IMG/VR virus record: IMGVR_UViG_2516143027_000005
Coordinates: 1-16,856 of that record
Length of the DNA: 16,856 nucleotides
Direction: 5' to 3' (one strand)
Source: a virus
Lineage: Duplodnaviria; Heunggongvirae; Uroviricota; Caudoviricetes
Shown here: one piece after another, positions 15,215 to 16,856 of the stretch
How positions within the stretch are numbered: position 1 is the stretch's first letter
How the letters are laid out: each line of letters starts with the position of its first letter
Made by a program: the position numbers and the translations under genes
Notes under the pieces: generated by a model
The model's database searches: none
What the model was told of the DNA's origin: nothing
Seen by the model: only the letters and a program-made list of their open reading frames with translations

Positions 15215-15812
15215 TCTGCTGCCACCGGGTTCAACTTCACTGGAGCGCCGACTGGCGCAAACCTGTAGCGGGATTTCTGATCTGCAGGTGCCGCTGCGTG
15301 ACTTGTGGAATCCGGCTACCTGTCCGGTCAGCTTCCTGCCTTATCTCGCTTGGGCGTTCTCTGTGGATCGCTGGGACGAGGGCTGGACAGAAAGCGTCAA
15401 ACGCCAGGTAGTGAAGGATGCTTTTTATATTCATCAGCATAAAGGAACCACCAGTGCCGTGCGGCGGGTGGTGGAACCGTTCGGATTCCTGATCCGCATT
15501 ATTGAGTGGTGGCAGACCGGGGAAACACCGGGCACGTTTCGCCTGGATATCGGCGTGCAGGACCAGGGCATCACTGAAGATACCTATCTGGAACTTGAGC
15601 GGCTGATAAGCGATGCCAAACCATGTAGCCGTCACATGATCGGCATGTCCATCAATCTGCAGACCAGCGGTCCGCATTGGGTGGGGGCCGCCAGCTATCT
15701 TGGCGAAGAAATCACGATCTATCCGTATATCAACGAAACAATTATTTCCGGCGGCACCGCGCATGAAGGCGGGGCGGTCCATGTTATTGACACAATGAGA
15801 GTGAATCCATGA
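15207..15812 (+). CDS. I: baseplate / tail protein I (P2 gpI-like)
   Basis: 201 aa; start overlaps the J stop; position matches P2 I. Confidence 0.8.
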   Translation: MNSLLPPGSTSLERRLAQTCSGISDLQVPLRDLWNPATCPVSFLPYLAWAFSVDRWDEGWTESVKRQVVKDAFYIHQHKGTTSAVRRVVEPFGFLIRIIEWWQTGETPGTFRLDIGVQDQGITEDTYLELERLISDAKPCSRHMIGMSINLQTSGPHWVGAASYLGEEITIYPYINETIISGGTAHEGGAVHVIDTMRVNP

Positions 15813-16856
15813 GCACAAAATTTTATACCCTGCTGACGGATATTGGCGCGGCGAAACTTGCCAGCGCCGCCGCGCTCGGTGTGCCTTTAAAAATTACCCA
15901 TATGGCGGTCGGCGATGGCGGCGGAACATTGCCAACGCCGGACGCAAAGCAGACAGCATTGGTAAATGAGAAACGCCGGGCTGCGCTGAATATGCTCTAT
16001 ATCGACCCGCAGAACAGCAGCCAGATTATTGCTGAACAGGTGATCCCTGAAAACGAGGGCGGTTGGTGGATACGTGAAGTGGGCCTGTTTGATGAATCCG
16101 GGGCATTGATTGCCGTGGGCAACTGCCCGGAAAGCTATAAGCCGCAACTGGCTGAAGGCAGCGGGCGCACCCAGACCGTGCGCATGGTGCTGATTACCAG
16201 CAGTACGGACAATATCACCCTGAAAATCGACCCTGCTGTAGTGCTGGCAACCCGCAAGTATGTGGATGACAAGGCACTGGAGCTGAAGGTGTACGTGGAT
16301 GACCTGATGGCAAAACATCTTGCCGCACCGGACCCGCATTCACAGTATGCACAGAAAGAAAGTCCGGCGTTTACCGGGACACCAAAAGCGCCAACGCCAG
16401 CGGCGGGGAATAATACTACGCAGCTTGCGACCACCGCGTTTGTTCAGGCGGCACTGACAGCCCTTATTAATGGTGCGCCAGCCACACTGGACACACTGAA
16501 AGAAATAGCCGCAGCCATTAACAATGATCCGAAATTCAGTACCACCATTAACAATGCGCTGGCACAAAAAGCGCCGCTGTCGAGTCCTGCACTCACCGGA
16601 ACGCCAACAGCACCTACTGCGGCACAGTCGGTCAACAATACACAGATTGCCACTACAGCTTTTGTGAAATCGGCGATTGCAGCAATGGTGGGGTCTGCAC
16701 CTGCGGCACTGGATACATTGAACGAACTGGCAGCGGCGCTGGGGAATGACCCGAACTTTGCCACGACAATGCTTAATGCGCTGGCAGGTAAACAACCGCT
16801 GGACAATACGCTGACTAGTTTGAGTGGAAAGGATGTAGCTGGTCTTCTCGCATACC
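15809..16856 (+). CDS. H: tail fibre protein H (P2 gpH-like), N-terminal part; 3-prime end lies beyond the window
   Basis: ATG at 15809 overlaps the I stop (ATGA). The frame is open to the window end, which is why the ORF track does not list it. My translation starts MSTKFYTLLTDIGAAKLA and contains AESYKP and LNELAAALGNDPNFATTMLNALAGKQP, matching the remembered P2 gpH N-terminal domain. Confidence 0.8.
   Translation, partial: MSTKFYTLLTDIGAAKLASAAALGVPLKITHMAVGDGGGTLPTPDAKQTALVNEKRRAALNMLYIDPQNSSQIIAEQVIPENEGGWWIREVGLFDESGALIAVGNCPESYKPQLAEGSGRTQTVRMVLITSSTDNITLKIDPAVVLATRKYVDDKALELKVYVDDLMAKHLAAPDPHSQYAQKESPAFTGTPKAPTPAAGNNTTQLATTAFVQAALTALINGAPATLDTLKEIAAAINNDPKFSTTINNALAQKAPLSSPALTGTPTAPTAAQSVNNTQIATTAFVKSAIAAMVGSAPAALDTLNELAAALGNDPNFATTMLNALAGKQPLDNTLTSLSGKDVAGLLAY
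16364..16807 (+). repeat. tandem duplication (2 x 222 bp) inside H, encoding two copies of a ~74-aa tail-fibre repeat
   Basis: Copy 1 (16364-16585) encodes PAFTGTPKAPT...TQLATTAFV...DTLKEIAAAINNDPKFSTTINNALAQKAPL; copy 2 (16586-16807) encodes PALTGTPTAPT...TQIATTAFV...DTLNELAAALGNDPNFATTMLNALAGKQPL. The copies are diverged at the DNA level. Confidence 0.7.

Larger units (their letters stand above)
1..16856. mobile_element. P2/186-like temperate phage (prophage) segment: SOS operon, cos, packaging, head, lysis, tail completion, baseplate and tail fibre modules
   Basis: Gene order and orientation match the P2 map (Q and P leftward; O N M L X Y K lysA lysB lysC R S V W J I H rightward). Several translated ORFs match remembered P2 protein sequences (N capsid, L, M). 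Confidence 0.85.

Noticed and set aside
16340-16806. Minus-strand ORFs of 120-151 aa (16340-16795, 16444-16806, 16135-16434) over the tail fibre gene
   Set aside because: They are antisense to the H reading frame, which matches P2 gpH, and arise from the Ala/Thr-rich repeat region.
16364-16807. Possibility that the tandem repeat is a CRISPR array or non-coding repeat
   Set aside because: The units are 222 bp, diverged, and in frame within the H coding sequence; there is no short repeat-spacer structure anywhere in the window.

Overview
This window is a contiguous segment of a P2/186-like (Peduovirus-type) temperate phage or prophage from an enterobacterial host. Left to right it contains a LexA-box-controlled tum/DinI-like SOS operon, a candidate cos site, the portal (Q) and large terminase (P) genes on the minus strand, then the rightward late genes O-N-M-L-X, a lysis cassette (holin-like, SAR-type endolysin, LysA-like, overlapping spanins LysB/LysC), tail completion genes R and S, baseplate genes V-W-J-I and the start of tail fibre gene H. 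Two AT-rich cargo islands interrupt this GC-rich backbone. Island 1 (about 1200-2400, between cos and Q) encodes a small two-helix membrane protein and a 285-aa protein with no family I can recognise. Island 2 (about 11090-13300, between S and V, minus strand) encodes an ABC-type ATPase and a TOPRIM/DUF4435-like protein, an architecture matching the two-gene PARIS (AriA/AriB) anti-phage system. Island 2 is the strongest candidate for a defence system; island 1 is the best candidate for something undescribed. All calls rest on reading motifs and on remembered similarity to P2 proteins; no database search was run.
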